From the human T2T-CHM13v2.0 reference genome, Homo sapiens, in the NCBI RefSeq assembly GCF_009914755.1, contig NC_060929.1: DNA of 64,000 bases. One strand, given 5' to 3'. Both the position numbers and the translations under genes were made by a program. The notes beneath the pieces were generated by a model. The model was given only the letters and a program-made list of their open reading frames with translations. It was not told the DNA's origin and searched no databases. Every line of letters starts with the position of its first letter. Position 1 is the first letter of the stretch. This document shows positions 23,501 to 37,342 of the stretch, one piece after another.

Positions 23501-26500
23501 ATTTCCAGTACCGACTAAATGTTTGGGACTTAAGTGGGTGTACACATACACAATATTACAAATGTCTATCTGAGAAAAACAGTCTTCAAATAAAGTGGCA
23601 TTAAAGCTGAAAATCTTAGATATGTCTTCTATTGGTACATACTAGATTCATACATCTAAATAAATACCCATGGTGGGGACATGTCAAGCCAAGGCTATCA
23701 CTGTTCTGATCACCATCATCACTATCATCCTGGGCATCATTTCCAGCTCTATCACCTGCAGGAAAATGTAGGAACCTCATAATGTTGGCAACATCTACAC
23801 TCTCTCTTACTCTTGAAGTATATATTTGCATTTTAACTTTAGAGCAAGCAATACCTGGATTGGAAGGTCGCTTTGAGGGCCCAGAATGAAACATAAAACT
23901 AGATACCTACAAATTTATAACTTAATGTCAGTAATTTGCATAACCAAAGGATCATTGCTTTGCTAAATAATTACCTTAAATAATGAGCTTCCCTAACATA
24001 CTTGAGTTCATTTACAGGTCATTAACTACTTGACATACAAGAAAGAGAGCTACTTTAAGCTATAGTACTAATATTCATTACTAGTAATAATAAATCAGTG
24101 ATGGAATTAAGCACATCTGTAACTATAAGTCAATGGGAAAATACAGTTTCTTCCAAGGGAATTGCATTCTTCTAACATAGTATAAATTGTAACTAACTTG
24201 AATTTTATTACACATTTTTCTCTGTCAACCTCTAACTTAATTTTTGCTGCCCTGAAATTGGGAACATTTCTATTCTTTATGTGTTTCCTGGTTAACTTCT
24301 GGGATACATATTTCTTAATAGTTGTAGGCTTACAGCATAGTCAATTTTCTAGTTCTAATAACAGCAGCTCAGGAGTGGAATAGTTTTCTGTAGTGTATTA
24401 TTTGGATTCTTTTTCTTTGAGTTGCTGCCTGTTGCAAATCTACCCATAATTCAAGGTCAAGTTCATGTACCCCTGAGTACATGAATACTTGTACTTTTCA
24501 TCTAGCCATAAAAGATCTCTCTCTGCTCCAAATACCTGAAACATTTTGTAGCTCTCCTGGAGCACTGATTTATAGCTATCACTATTTCTAGGGCTCTTTT
24601 TGTAAAAAATTGCATTCCTGAACATAATGCTCTACCACAACTAACAATTTCTCTCTGTTAATGTTATACTTAATTCTGAAAGTTTAACCTGTTAAATATT
24701 CAGCGTTTAACTTTTTAAAACCTTGTAATTAAATAGCATTTTACATTTCAGTTAGTAGTATTGAAGGAAGTGACACAGTGAGTCCAGACACTGAACTGAA
24801 GGCAACCACAGTCTCTTCACTTATTTGATAATGTCTCCACTTCTACACCACCAGGATGATTTGTAGGGAGTAACAGGGCAGAGTTACCATTGAGCCCCAT
24901 ACTGTAACAATTTAATGAATAACAGATCCATCACTTTTGTTTCATCCTTTCTATGGGAGTTTTCCTAAATTTTGGGGGGTAAAATAATCTGGTTTTTCAC
25001 TGGACCTGAGGCAAGATATTAAGTTGCATATTGACACTCAGAAAACATCTGACAAATGCACAGGTTACCTTTTAATATATGGAAGTTTAAAAAATATATG
25101 TGCAAGCAAACATTAAATTTCATAAGCATATTGATTTAGTTTTGTAATTGATGTCATCCATTTATACAGATTAGGCATGCTATTTTAGCTTGCATTTTGA
25201 GGGTTTGGAAGAGTGTGCCAGCACATTTTCCCATCAAAATAGCAGTGACAATTTCTTACTATCTTATTTCTCTCCAAGGTACCACCATCCAAAGTCACAA
25301 GGTTGAAAACCATTTCCTTGCCTTCCCCATCCACTCAGCCCCCAGGAACTGTCAAGTATCTATCCAAGATACCCCTGACTTCCCTGGACCGGTACAATAT
25401 TTGTCAGCTCTGATATTTTCACTTATTTATTCAAAAGACTTTTTTAGTCCATGATATGTACCAAGCTCTAACTAGTATTCTCTAAAAGCTCATCTTTCAA
25501 AAAGTAGTTCTTGCCTTAAAAAGAATCTTCAGTCTATAAAAGAGTATATATGAGAAGCAGTTACAATCCAGTATGATGCATGATGTTGTAGGGTAGGTAC
25601 ATGGAAGGAAACCTCTCATTGAGTCTTAAAGACCTTGTCAAGGTACTATCCCATGCAATAAATCCTGTGGCTGTCATTGCTATAAAGACTACACATCCTT
25701 GTATGTAAGCCCTCTATGAAGAAACTAAACTGTTCTCCATCTTTTTTAAAATGTGTGACAAAATCACTTCATATACCTTTTATTTTCAGTCAAGCCAGGG
25801 TTCCCACTAATTCCAAATCTACAAACTATAGACTCTCTTAATTCTATGCCTTTCCTCACTCCGTTTCTCTTTTATTTGAATCATTCTACCCATTCTCACT
25901 GTCAGAAGAGTTGATTTTAATTCTCCTTCCTTAAAATCTCAAAGGAAATCCAACTTCCTGTCTGAAGCCCCTCACCAGGCATAATCTTTCTTCCTTGCAA
26001 TCTCATAGCTATTAACACAAACATATCTTGGGTCTGGGGGACATCTGCTGTGAGTAACAGCACCAGCATTTCTTCCACAAGCTTGGAAGCTCCTATGGGT
26101 AAGAAACTGTATATGTTTATTTCCTGGTGTCCTCCACCACCCCAAGTAAGTAGTGTGTTATCAGCAAGTATGTTGGAGTGAATAAACTTTTAAAACGTAA
26201 TTTGAAAACTCTGTAGACAAAGCAGTACTATTGTATGCCATCATCACATTCTTATGTGATTTCTGCCCTTCCACACCAATGGTACCAAACTAATCTGAGG
26301 ACAGATAATATATCTAAACTCTGTTTTACAAATTGAGTACAGCAAAATGGCTGCCTTTTGTACAGATAGCAACTGGAAATCCCCTCTCAGAAAAAAGGAA
26401 AAATGTCGAACCTCAACCCAAGATCCTGATTGTTCTTCATGTTTCTTATTTTGCCTTGGGCATACAGCTGTCTGATGCCTTCCTCACAGCAAAGCTTAGC

Positions 26501-26737
26501 CTGGCCTGGTTGAAATTAACATGTTTGTTGGCTACAGAAGTGAGAGTCAAAAGGAGAAGCTAAACCCTGAGACTCCTTTCCTGGAGAGCTCTACGGCCTC
26601 CAGTCTCTGCTGACTCCTGCCCTCATCTGCACTGGCACAGACTTCCTGTTTTAGCTTCCTTTATGAAAGTCTCAAGAGACTCACTGAAATGGATACTTCA
26701 GTCTCTGTGTGGCTACTTTTTCTTCTGCAGGTGAAGA

Positions 26738-26779
26738 GTCTTGCGAAGGGGTCTTGCGAAGGGGTCTTGCGAAGGGGTC
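26738..26779. repeat. 13-bp minisatellite (GTCTTGCGAAGGG)x3
   Basis: Three perfect copies at 26738, 26751 and 26764, plus a partial copy. Confidence 0.95.
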
Positions 26780-29319
26780 CCCAACCCAAGAGGTTGAAGT
26801 TTTCTTGGAGAAGAAAACTTTTGGAGTTTTCTGAGGGCATGATTGGAGAAGCCCTTGGAAAACAGCAATGTATTTTCCTTTGTTAATGTGAAACATTAAC
26901 AGAAGAGCAGCCTTGTGTTTTCCTTTGTTGATGTGAGGTGAGAAGCTGAGGGAGGGTAGACGCCTGAATTTTATTCCTCACACAGGCAACAGAGGAGGGA
27001 AGCCCAGGTCAAAAACAGCAGTGAGAGGGACAGAGACGGAGCACATGGAGGCCTCTGGGATAATCTGGGCACCCTTTGAAACCAAGAAGAGTATCAAGAG
27101 AAATTTGTTTCTCAGCCCTCTACTTAGAAGCCCCATATAAACCCTAACTCTATTCCACGCTTATTTTTCATGCTACTTTGTACAAATATTCAATTTTTGT
27201 TTAAATGCTTAGTAACTTGCTTGGTTGTCTTCATAGCTCTGCTGCTTTTATTCCTTTGAAATTGTCAAGTTATTCAAGTCCAAAAAAAATTACATGTTTA
27301 TTTTTCTGTGATGTTTCATTTTATTTATCTGTATAAATAAGCTTTTTCCTCAGCATGACTATAACCACACGTCTACACACATCCTCACCTCCACAACTGC
27401 CCTGCAAGCATCTGTGTTGTCGACGTATTTTCAAAAACATCAGTCTGCAAGGTGACAAGGTAAAAGGTTGGCCCATATTGGGTTGTGACACTGTTGACAA
27501 GGTGTCACCACCTCAGGAGTTGCAGACAAAAGGCAAGCAATGTGAGTACAGCTTAGGAATCCAGCAACCAGCGTGATTTTCTACGTGACCACCAATAGAC
27601 CCCACAACAACCGAGAAATCAAAGTGAAAATGTTTAAAGGCAGTGACGGTGGCTGACGTTTAATAAAGGTGGCAAAGACAAGAAGTTAAATATTAAGTTC
27701 AGGCTACAAGATAGCAACTTCTCTTCACAATGGAACTATCTAGTATATTCAGTTTGTCAAAGAAAACCTGTAATTCACTTATTCACCTTCTGTTTTCCTG
27801 GAAGGTGTAGAATGGGCTGCTGGGCACAGAGTATGCATGAGATACTCTAATTAATTATACAGTTTTTTTCTGAGATTTTTGAGACCTACATGATTTGATC
27901 CCTCCCATCGATCCAACCTTATCTCCTATCACCTCTCCCTCTCAACTCCCTGAACTGAATCATTTTCCTTTTTTCTGTATGTCCTCTCAACACAACATGG
28001 GCCCATTCACTCTCAGGAGGCCCCCAAGTCATCTTCCTTGCTTAGAGGGTCCTCTTCCTCTGTCCTCCAGGTACCAGGTTCCTGTAAATACCTGCAGGCC
28101 TAAGCTAAGGTCCACCCCCTCCATGAACTCTTTTTAAACTATAACCTCTATTGTTTAGAGGGGCATTGTGAGTTTTTATTTTCTCTCCCTAATATTTTAT
28201 AAAGTCCTACATGGAAAGAAATATCATTTATACTTTAGATTTCTGCAAAGGTCAGCATACAGCAAGAACTCAATAAACAGTTATTGAATGAGCAAACTGA
28301 ATTGACCAGCTAATTGAATGTTAAGAGAATGAGAAAGTTAGGATTTGAGGAAGACTGGATATGTAGCCGAAAAATGTCTATATTAAAAACATTTAGTCAT
28401 TCCTACTTCTCTGCCCACACAGCACTCAGATATACTTCTGCTTAAAGTTTTCTCACAAATGTAATTCTTCATACAATGATGTCTCTTTGTGTTTTGTGAG
28501 ATCAAAGCACTGGAGTTATTCACCTGTGTCTTGTGCTTTAGCCCAGGGCCTGATACAGACAAGGCACTCAATATACCTTGATAAATGAGCTAGTTACCCA
28601 GTGAAAAAATAAATTAAGTGAAAACAAGATCAAATTTGGAGGCCTCTAAGCAATACCTACTCACGTCTATAAGGAGATTATGTCGTGTATTGAAATTACT
28701 CCTCTGGGTCCCAGGGGAAATACATCCTTGGACTAAAAAGGATAGTTAGGATGTGGATGCTTGGAGGAAGGAGGGGGCAGGTGTTCTAAGTAATGAGACC
28801 TACCTGAAAGCCTTCATGAGAGTGGAAACCCTTAAAGTGTGCAAGCTTTTGGAAAGGGTATAGTTTCCATTCATTCTATTCCTTTTTGGTGCCGGGATTT
28901 GTGTCATCTTACTCTAGCTCACTATGTTTACTTTGAATTTGCCTTTCTCATCATTGGTGGCTTCCCTTGTTGTCTCCACTCTCCTCTTGAACTCCAATTA
29001 TCCAGAAATGCAAACTGAAGGTGGACAGAGAATGAGAGATCCGGGAGTCAGCCTAAAGGCCAGGATGCTGGGTTAAGGGCTTATTTCTCCTGACTGAATG
29101 AATCAGGGATGAAAATTAGGGCATGTTCTAATAGGATATAGTAAGCAATTTGAAGCATTTCACTACATCTGAATAATTTTTAAAAATGGGAATAGCTACT
29201 GTGGCCCAGGTACTGTGCTAGGCACTGGGGGGATGCAAAGGTGGAGGCGCCTCAATCCTTGCCCTTCAGCAGTGTGCAGACTCTGCAGTGCTTTTAAATA
29301 AGGATGACGATGATGATGA

Positions 29320-29530
29320 CCAACACTATGTATAAGGCATTGTTCTCACCATGCCACATGCCTTAGTTCATGTAATAGTTAAAATAATCTTTTAGGTTGA
29401 TACCATTATTATCCCCTTTTTATGTATTAGAAGACCAATGCAAAAAGACAGCAATTTGCCCTAGGTTACATATTCAGTGAACAGTGGAATCAAAACCATC
29501 CAATTCAAGCTCACATTTTTAACTGCTCTG
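29320..29530 (-). mobile_element. MIR SINE
   Basis: ctatgtataaggcattgttct...taccattattatccccttttt...caatttgccctaggttacata resembles the MIR core. Confidence 0.7.
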
Positions 29531-30394
29531 TGATTTTGTCTCCCTCACCCTCTGCTCAGCACAGTTCCAAGCACAGAATCCACATGCCAAAATGTTTACT
29601 GAACTGAATCATTTTGTATGCAGTGTTCATACAATCTCTCCATCCATATTTTTTGAATCAATTTTGGCATTTAGAATGGCTCAGAAAAAGACATTGGCCA
29701 GGGAGAAAATCTTTATAGGAATAAGAGGAACAGCTGCTAATCTAAATGCTACTCATAACACTCAGAGAGTTTGCCAACAAGTTCAACAGAATCTTGGAAA
29801 TGTCTGCTCCAGAAAAGCTTGCAATCAATTCCAATGCCCATCTCATGCCCAGATTGCACAAGGGAAATCCAGTGATCCTCTCATAGAGTGTTGAATGCAA
29901 CATCTGCAAGAAGGGCTGTTGGGACAGGCTCTGTCCTGCAAAATACAACAGAATGAAACCTGGAAATTGTCACAACAATTTACATCACCTGGAATACAGT
30001 GACACTGATAATCCTCAGGACTATGAAGCCTTGGAATGATATGAGATTTATGAGGCCTAAAGCAAAACACCAGAGAAAATTCAATATGTATAGAGAACTC
30101 AAATGCCCACACGAGGGAAGTGAAAGCTATGTTCTGCTTATTTGACATCATGTGATAAAACTGCCATTCAAAGTGTCTTCCTGTGAAGCAGTTTGTCAGA
30201 GTTGTGGAAGGAACCGTGAGATCAAAATGACTATTTATTTTGTACCTGTTTCATTTATCTATTAAGGTAATCAAGATGTATATTGGCCACTTATAATGTG
30301 CAATTGCCACAAAAGGAGTTAGGAATACAGAGATGAAATAGAATGAAATGCTTAGACTGTTTTGTGAAGGCTGAGAAAATGTTTCTGATTTTTC

Positions 30395-30928
30395 ACCACG
30401 GTTCCAAACCTGGGCATTTTTGCCTTAGAATCCATTTTGCACTCTTCCTCTGCTGTGCTCTGTACCACTGCGAGTTACAAACCTACAGATGACACTTCTC
30501 AGGCTCTTTTCATCGAGGGTTTCCAAATTAACTAATAACAATAGAAAGGACTGATTGATTGAAGAACAGGAGAAAGGAGCAGCCAGGGTATTTCTCCCTC
30601 AGTTTGTTCCTGTGATGGCCTCTCCAATAGAAGCTGTTTCTCCCACATGGTTTCAGGTAGCTTTCAAAGGCTAGTAGCTTTCATAGGCAGGTAGTCATGG
30701 TTCCAGTTTATGAAGGGTGACCACAGCTCCTGGCTCTTGCAGCATCACCTCTTTCAGCTTCCCCAGTCTTGGGATGCTGGTGATTTCCTATTATTAACTT
30801 CTGGCTGCTTCTATGGGCCCTGTTTGGATTCTAGTCTCCTCCATCACCTGAATTACCAATACTCCGCTTTAAACCCCCTCTGTTGTAAATATTCAAAATA
30901 CTTTCTATTTTAGAACCTGATTAAGATA
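30395..30928 (+). mobile_element. Old ERVL solo LTR (LTR33-like)
   Basis: agaaaggagcagccagggtatttctccc and ccctctgttgtaaatattcaaaatactttctattt resemble the LTR33 family. Boundaries approximate. Confidence 0.55.
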
Positions 30929-31011
30929 ACTGCTGTATTTTCTGTGCCTAGAACAGAGTCTACCACATGTTTATTTGTGAGTCTACCACACACACACACA
31001 TATATATATAA

Positions 31012-31307
<296 letters not shown>

Positions 31308-33039
31308 TAACACATATTTAAATGAACAAATAGATAAATGGGGTGAAATAGTTGTACAGGTTGTTATAATACATACACATTATACATGATTAAATGGATA
31401 TGCACTACAGGGACATAGAAGAAAAAAATTCTTGGTGTGTTTGAGAACTTAGGAAGATCTGAATTTTGAAGAAGAAATTTTCAGGTGAACAACAAGCAAT
31501 GCTTTTCAAGTATTGGAAAACATGAGTCGAACAAAAAGACAAAAAAGAGAAAGGTATGAGAGCTCAGGACCCTACTTAGTATTTCCTCACAAGTAGGATA
31601 TAAAATTACTGTCTGAGTATTATGGGAGTTAAATTAAAAGATGATCAGGTTTAGACTACAAAAGAATTCATGTCCAACCTAAGGAGTTTAGATTTATCAT
31701 GAAGAACTACTGAAAAATTACTAGCAAGGAAATTACATAAGCACGCACAAAAAACCCTGATATCCATGATATGCCCATTCTAAAAGCAAACAAGCATTTT
31801 ATAATCATTGAATGTCCACTATTTTATTTTGTGTCACAAAAAAACAACTTGGGGAAATATTTTATCTAGTTAAAATGATTTTCAATGGTAATGGATATTT
31901 CAGTTTGAAGATGCTTTTATAAATACTAATTAGTTAATACTCTCAGATTTTATAAGATTGTATTACAATAAACATCAACCACCTTTTGTTTTGTTTTTAA
32001 CCACTGATTCATCATCTTATAATGTCAGAGTTGTGCTTCTTAAACAGGCTGCCAGATGGCTGCAATATGACAGTCACCTAAAACTCCACAAGAATGTCAT
32101 CTACAGACTAAAATTATAGAGAAATTGGGAAAGCAGATGACAGGTTATTAGGAAGTCTTGTTTTTACAAATGTGTTAATCTGGAAGCTTTGCTAAGTTTA
32201 CATTGTAGCCCCAATTACTGGAAGGAATACCTGACTTATTGCCTGTGCATATGGAGGAGTGGTAGCCAATAATGATAACTTGGATTTGTGAAGCACAGAG
32301 ACTGTAGCATCACCTGCTTTGAAAGATTTTTAAAAATATTTTGTTGCCATTTGAATTTAGATATGATTGGCTTAAATGCCTAGGTCAATGCACTGTGGAA
32401 ATCCAAAGCCTTACTCAAGATTTCTGTAGACTGTTCATGTAAAGAGATCTCCTTCACCTCCTGGACCCTGATGTATACAATTTCTGTGCTATTAAATCCT
32501 TTCAGCCACCTGTCCCTGGGGTTTCCTCACTGGCTCCTGATCAGCTATACATGCCACTATATTTCAGCTTCCTCACTAGAATACTTAATAAGGAATTTTA
32601 ATGATACAATTTCCAGCTTCTTAAATGAATGTATCTTTATTCTAGCTTATCTACCATGTCCCATCTTAACTCAAATGAGGACAAAACTTCTCAAAGGAGT
32701 TAATTCAGCATATGGCATCAACGTAAGTCACTGTATCATTGGGGATATTACCATGGTTTAAATATCTTTAGGTCCTGGATCCCTTGAGAATCTAATGAAA
32801 GTATTTGACTGTCACCTCAAAGAAATCCACATGGGGAACAAATTGTGCATACAATATTGGGAAGTTATGGACCTTTCTAAAGTCCAACCATAAACCAACT
32901 TTGTGAGGTCCATGGACCCATGTTGGATAGGAAACTTGCACTGCTACTCCAGAAGGAGTGTCCACCATCACCCTAACCCCACTTGGTTGCTATGCTATCT
33001 GGAAATACTTGCACAAAAGCATTAATTCAAAATGAAGGA

Positions 33040-34742
33040 TACGTTTGCTGGTGACAAACTCTCTTAGTTTTCCTTTATCTGAGAATGTCCTTCATGAATT
33101 GTTTCCAGTGGATATCCAAGGATTCTGGGTTAAGAGTTCCCCTTCTTCAGCACTTGAAAATGTTTGCTACTTCCATGTGGCTTCATGACTCCTGATAAGA
33201 AGTCCATTGTCGTTCAAATTGCTTTTCCCTACAGATCAGGTGTCATTTCTCTTGAGCTACTTTTAAGACTTTTTGCCTTTGCTTTTCGGAAGATCAATTG
33301 TGATGTGTCTTGTACGGATTTCTTTGGGTTTACTTCACTTCTGGTGTCTGTAGGTTTATGTCATTTGCCAAATTTGAGAGATTTTCAGCCATTATTTCTT
33401 TGAGTATTTTTTCAACCCTGCCATCTTCTTTCTCTCTTCAGAGACCCACAGTGACAGGAATGTGCGATCTTTTTTTAGTCTCATGGGTCCCTGAGGCACT
33501 GTTCATTTTTCCATTTTATTTTCTCTGTTATTCAGATTGGATCTTTCCTTTTGTTCTATCTTTCAGTTCACTGATCCTTTCCTCTGTGCCCTCCATTCTG
33601 CTGTTAAGATTTTTATTTCAGTTTTGTATTTCAGATCTAACATTTCCTTTTGGTTCTTTTTTAAATATCTTTTATTTCTCTGCTAAGACTTTCTATTTCT
33701 TTGTGACAGTTTCTATTTCTTCATTTGTTTCAAACATGTTCATAAGTACTCAGTGAAGCATTTTTATAATTGCTTGTTTAAAATTCTACTGTCTCTGCCA
33801 TCTAGATGTTGACATCTGTCTTTTTTCATTCAATGTGAGATATTCCTGGTTCTTGTATGAGAAATGATTTTTAATTGAAACATAGACATTTTGAGTGTTA
33901 AGTCATAAGGTTCTGGATTTAGCTAAAGCTTCTATTTTACTTTTAGCTGTTTCTGCACCACCCACCCCCCCCCCAGCCCACCACCACATCTTTGGCTGGG
34001 GAATGAGGGGTGCTACCTATTTAGTGTGAGGTCTGGTAGAAATTCAGGTTGCCCACTCAGTCTCCATAGAGACTTGAGCAGGTGGAATTCTGGCTACTGT
34101 TGGATAAGCGGGGAGTTCTGGCTCTCACTAGGCCTCCACAGATGCTTCCCTGACAGAGAGGGACAAGAGTGCCTTGCTACTGCTTTCCATATAACCTTCA
34201 CTGAAACCATGGAGGGGTGTTGTCCTCACCATTACTGGGCCATAATGGAAGCCCTGACTCTACTAGGTATCCTTGGATGCCACTCATGTCTGAAAGGGTA
34301 CTTTCAGACATGAAGTATAAAGGGTACTTCATGTCTGCCAGATGAGAATGAAGTATAGGCTCCCCACAAGGTCTGTGGCATGGGCTTGTCAAGGATAGAG
34401 TGATTATTACCTAAAACTTCTCTTTCATGCTAAGCTGCCTTTTTCTTGGTTCTTTGACTACAGAGAACAGGCTCTTGTTTGGGCTTCATTTGTCTGTGTC
34501 TGTTGATGTTTCCAGGTTACTAGCTTTTTCAGCTCCCAAACCAGAATATACAAGAAAAAAAATAAATCCTAGAGAACTCACCACTATTTTGTCACTTGAG
34601 TTCCCAAGTCACTAGCCAGTCTGCCACCTTTGGTCCACCTTTCATAGACTTATGTTTGTTTTATAGATAATGGTTTTTAGCTGTACTTCGCAGAGAAATA
34701 GGGAAAATAGGTCTACTTCATCTTCCTAGAAGTGGAAGTCCA
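33040..34742 (-). mobile_element. Ancient L1M 5' UTR + ORF1 relic
   Basis: T-rich antisense ORF1-type sequence (ttgccaaatttgagagattttcagccattatttct). Ends in catcttcctagaagtggaagtcc, the reverse complement of an L1M 5' terminus. Confidence 0.75.
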
Positions 34743-35879
34743 CTGATTTCTCATTATTTAAGATTTTTGTTTTTATTCTTTCATGAATGTTCTGCTTAAG
34801 ATCTTTATGTTTCTAACTATTGAATTATCATTGCTATTTTTTATTTCATTACCTATTTATTGTTTAAGACTACTAACAATGCCATATTGGTGCAAATATT
34901 TTACCAGCTTTTTGATGGACCTGAATTTCAATTATAATGTTGATATATAAAAGTTTTAATATTTATGTAGTCAAATCCTTTGTGACTTTTCCCTTACATA
35001 AAATTTCAAAAGTCTCTCCTTCTCCAAATATCAGATAAACAGTTGTCCATATTTTCTTTTAGATTTTAAAAATGACTTTATCATTTTCTTTTACTTTTCA
35101 CCCTTTCATCTATCTAAAATTAATTTTGGCACATCGTCTCAGGAGTGAAAATTTTTTGACTATGATTTTAGGAAAGGAATTCCTGACTGCATTAAAGACT
35201 TGACAATGTTTCCAAATATCCTACATCCAGTACAAGATCTTGATGCAATAACAAGAGACCGTGACATTTACTTCCCACATGGACTAACATCAGTACTTCC
35301 TAAACATGCATCTGCATTCACCTCAGATCATGATGGGGATGATAGGGAGGTAGACTTGCCTGAGCTTTCAATGATGTGCTTTAGCACCATAGGAAAATGG
35401 CCAAGCTGAGAAGCCTGCGTGAATGATAAATGATGAGTGATGCTGTGATCTGGACTATTTGAGGATATTGGCTGAGGCATCATGCCACATCTCCTGTTAT
35501 TCAACATACCATTCCAAGCTCAGCAACAGAAGGTAGCTCTGCTGAAATATTAATGAAGTGGTTTGTTTCAAGCACCTTGATTCAATTTCAAGCAAGATTT
35601 GGAAGACAGGTGCATATTATGGCTCCTTTGGTTTCTCTGACAAGTGTCAGTCTGTATTAAGAACGGTAGTCTGTATTAGTCTGTATTAGGCCTGAACCAA
35701 GGTCATTGCCACTTATTTGGAAGCCAGGGGACTCTATGACCATTTCCCAGATGCCAGTGGACTAGTGTGGTGCTGTCATCTTGAGACACCAGGAAGAGAT
35801 TCCTAGTAGCAGGCATAGCACTGAAATAAACCTTTCAGAGCTCCCTGCCATGGCTTGTTCCCTGGCCCCTCACCCCACC

Positions 35880-36160
35880 TTTTTTTTTTTTTTTTTTTTG
35901 AGATGGAGTCTTGCACTGTTGCCCAGGCTGGAGTGCATTGGCATGATCTCGGCTCACTGCAAGCTCCACCTCCTGGGTTCACGCCATTCTCCTGCCTCAG
36001 CCTCCTGAGTAGCTGGAACTACAGGTGCCCGCCACCACGCCTGGCTAATTTTATGTACTTTTAGTAGAGACAGGGTTTCACCGAGTTAGCCAGGATGGTC
36101 TTGATCTCCTGACCTCGTGATCCGCCTGCTTTGGCCTCCCAAAGTGCTGGGATTACAGGC
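35880..36160 (-). mobile_element. AluY, 5'-truncated by about 20 nt
   Basis: AluY diagnostics (gcaagctcc, ttcacgccattc, ttagccaggatggtc, acctcgtgatcc) and poly-T tail. TSD ctcaccccacctttt / ctcatcccacctttt. Confidence 0.93.
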
Positions 36161-37307
36161 CTCATCCCACCTTTTGTGTTTCTAAGCCTTCACTAAAGCC
36201 ACAGACTGAGTAAAACAACAATTCTTCTGTGCTTAATGCATCAAGTAAAGAAGAGAGAACTCATAACTCTGTATCAACTAGAGTAATTCAGAAATGGGGT
36301 CACAAAAGGAAATCTCATTGCTGAAGTAAGATAAAAAGCTATATTAATATTAATTATGACAGATATAAAGACTTCATAGAAATATGGAAGAGATTTCTGG
36401 GATACAGTATGTAAAAAAAATCAAGATGCAAAATAATGTGCTCATCATATTAGGAAATAAACTCAAAGTATGGTAGTAGTAACTTGCAAGTGATTTTTGT
36501 TTCTATTTGTTTCTATAACTTATGTAGTATTGAGTATTTAGAAGATATCCTAAAATTACATTTTTACAATTGTTATTAATTAAGGAAGGGGAATTTTACA
36601 AAGGAGGGAGTTACCTTGGTGTCTGTTCTTTATTGTTGTTCCCCGGAGTTACAGACCAGCTGATTTTAGAGTAGGGCTTACATGAGCTAGTTCCCTGGCA
36701 ATAACATACTGTTTTATTGAAGGTTGCCTCATCATTGCCTGGATTTTTATCGCTACACAACCCAAGAGTGGATTAAAAATAAATCAAATGTTATAGGGCT
36801 TTATAAATTTCAGTGTTATTTTATAAGCAAAGCCCAGATTGAGGAGACTACAAGATAAAAGAGCTTCAGCTACTTCCCAAAGCGGCCCCTCTGCTGCTGT
36901 CTCTGAGCTGTGTGGAAGATGTTTAAAACCAGTGAAACAAGAAAGTATCGGCAGGGGAGATTTGTTTCCTTGGGGTGTGCTTTTCACAGAGGCAATTGCC
37001 AGGAAACTCAGTAGACAGAATTTCTTTGAGGCCAATTTCTTGGCCTTCAACCATGCCAAGAATTAGTTGGGAAGAAAACCCCAGAAGCATTCTATTCTCT
37101 AGAAGGCAAATTTTGGTGCAGACCAAAGGCAAATCTATGGCCACTGTGTATCTCCATGGCAAGTGAGTTTCATGCTTCACAGAAGAAACAGCAAGCACAA
37201 GTATTGTTTGCAAGTTGGGAACAGAAACTATATAAATAGTTGCAAAAGAAAAAAAGAAACTTCATAAGTAGCACATAAAAATGAAGATGAACACAGGTGC
37301 TGCCCCA

Positions 37308-37342
37308 ACACACACACACAACACACACACACACACACACAC
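37308..37342. repeat. Interrupted (CA)n microsatellite
   Basis: Seen directly. Confidence 0.93.

Noticed and set aside
23668-23755. Minus-strand exon-like segment with an acidic reading frame (GNDAQDDSDDGDQNSD)
   Set aside because: Good acceptor but weak donor (TGG|gtattt). The acidity comes from a degenerate (CAT)n run, and no partner exons were found.
33310-33756. 148-aa hydrophobic ORF that looks like a membrane protein
   Set aside because: It is the T-rich antisense strand of an ancient L1 ORF1 relic; the Phe/Leu/Ser bias comes from base composition.
35430-35545. Possible C/D box snoRNA (ATGATGA followed by CTGA)
   Set aside because: The nearest D box gives only about 47 nt, there is no terminal stem, the location is intergenic, and I see no guide complementarity.
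35649-35689. AGTCTGTATTA three times, superficially like a repeat-spacer array
   Set aside because: Simple slippage duplication in eukaryotic DNA; not CRISPR-like in length or spacing.
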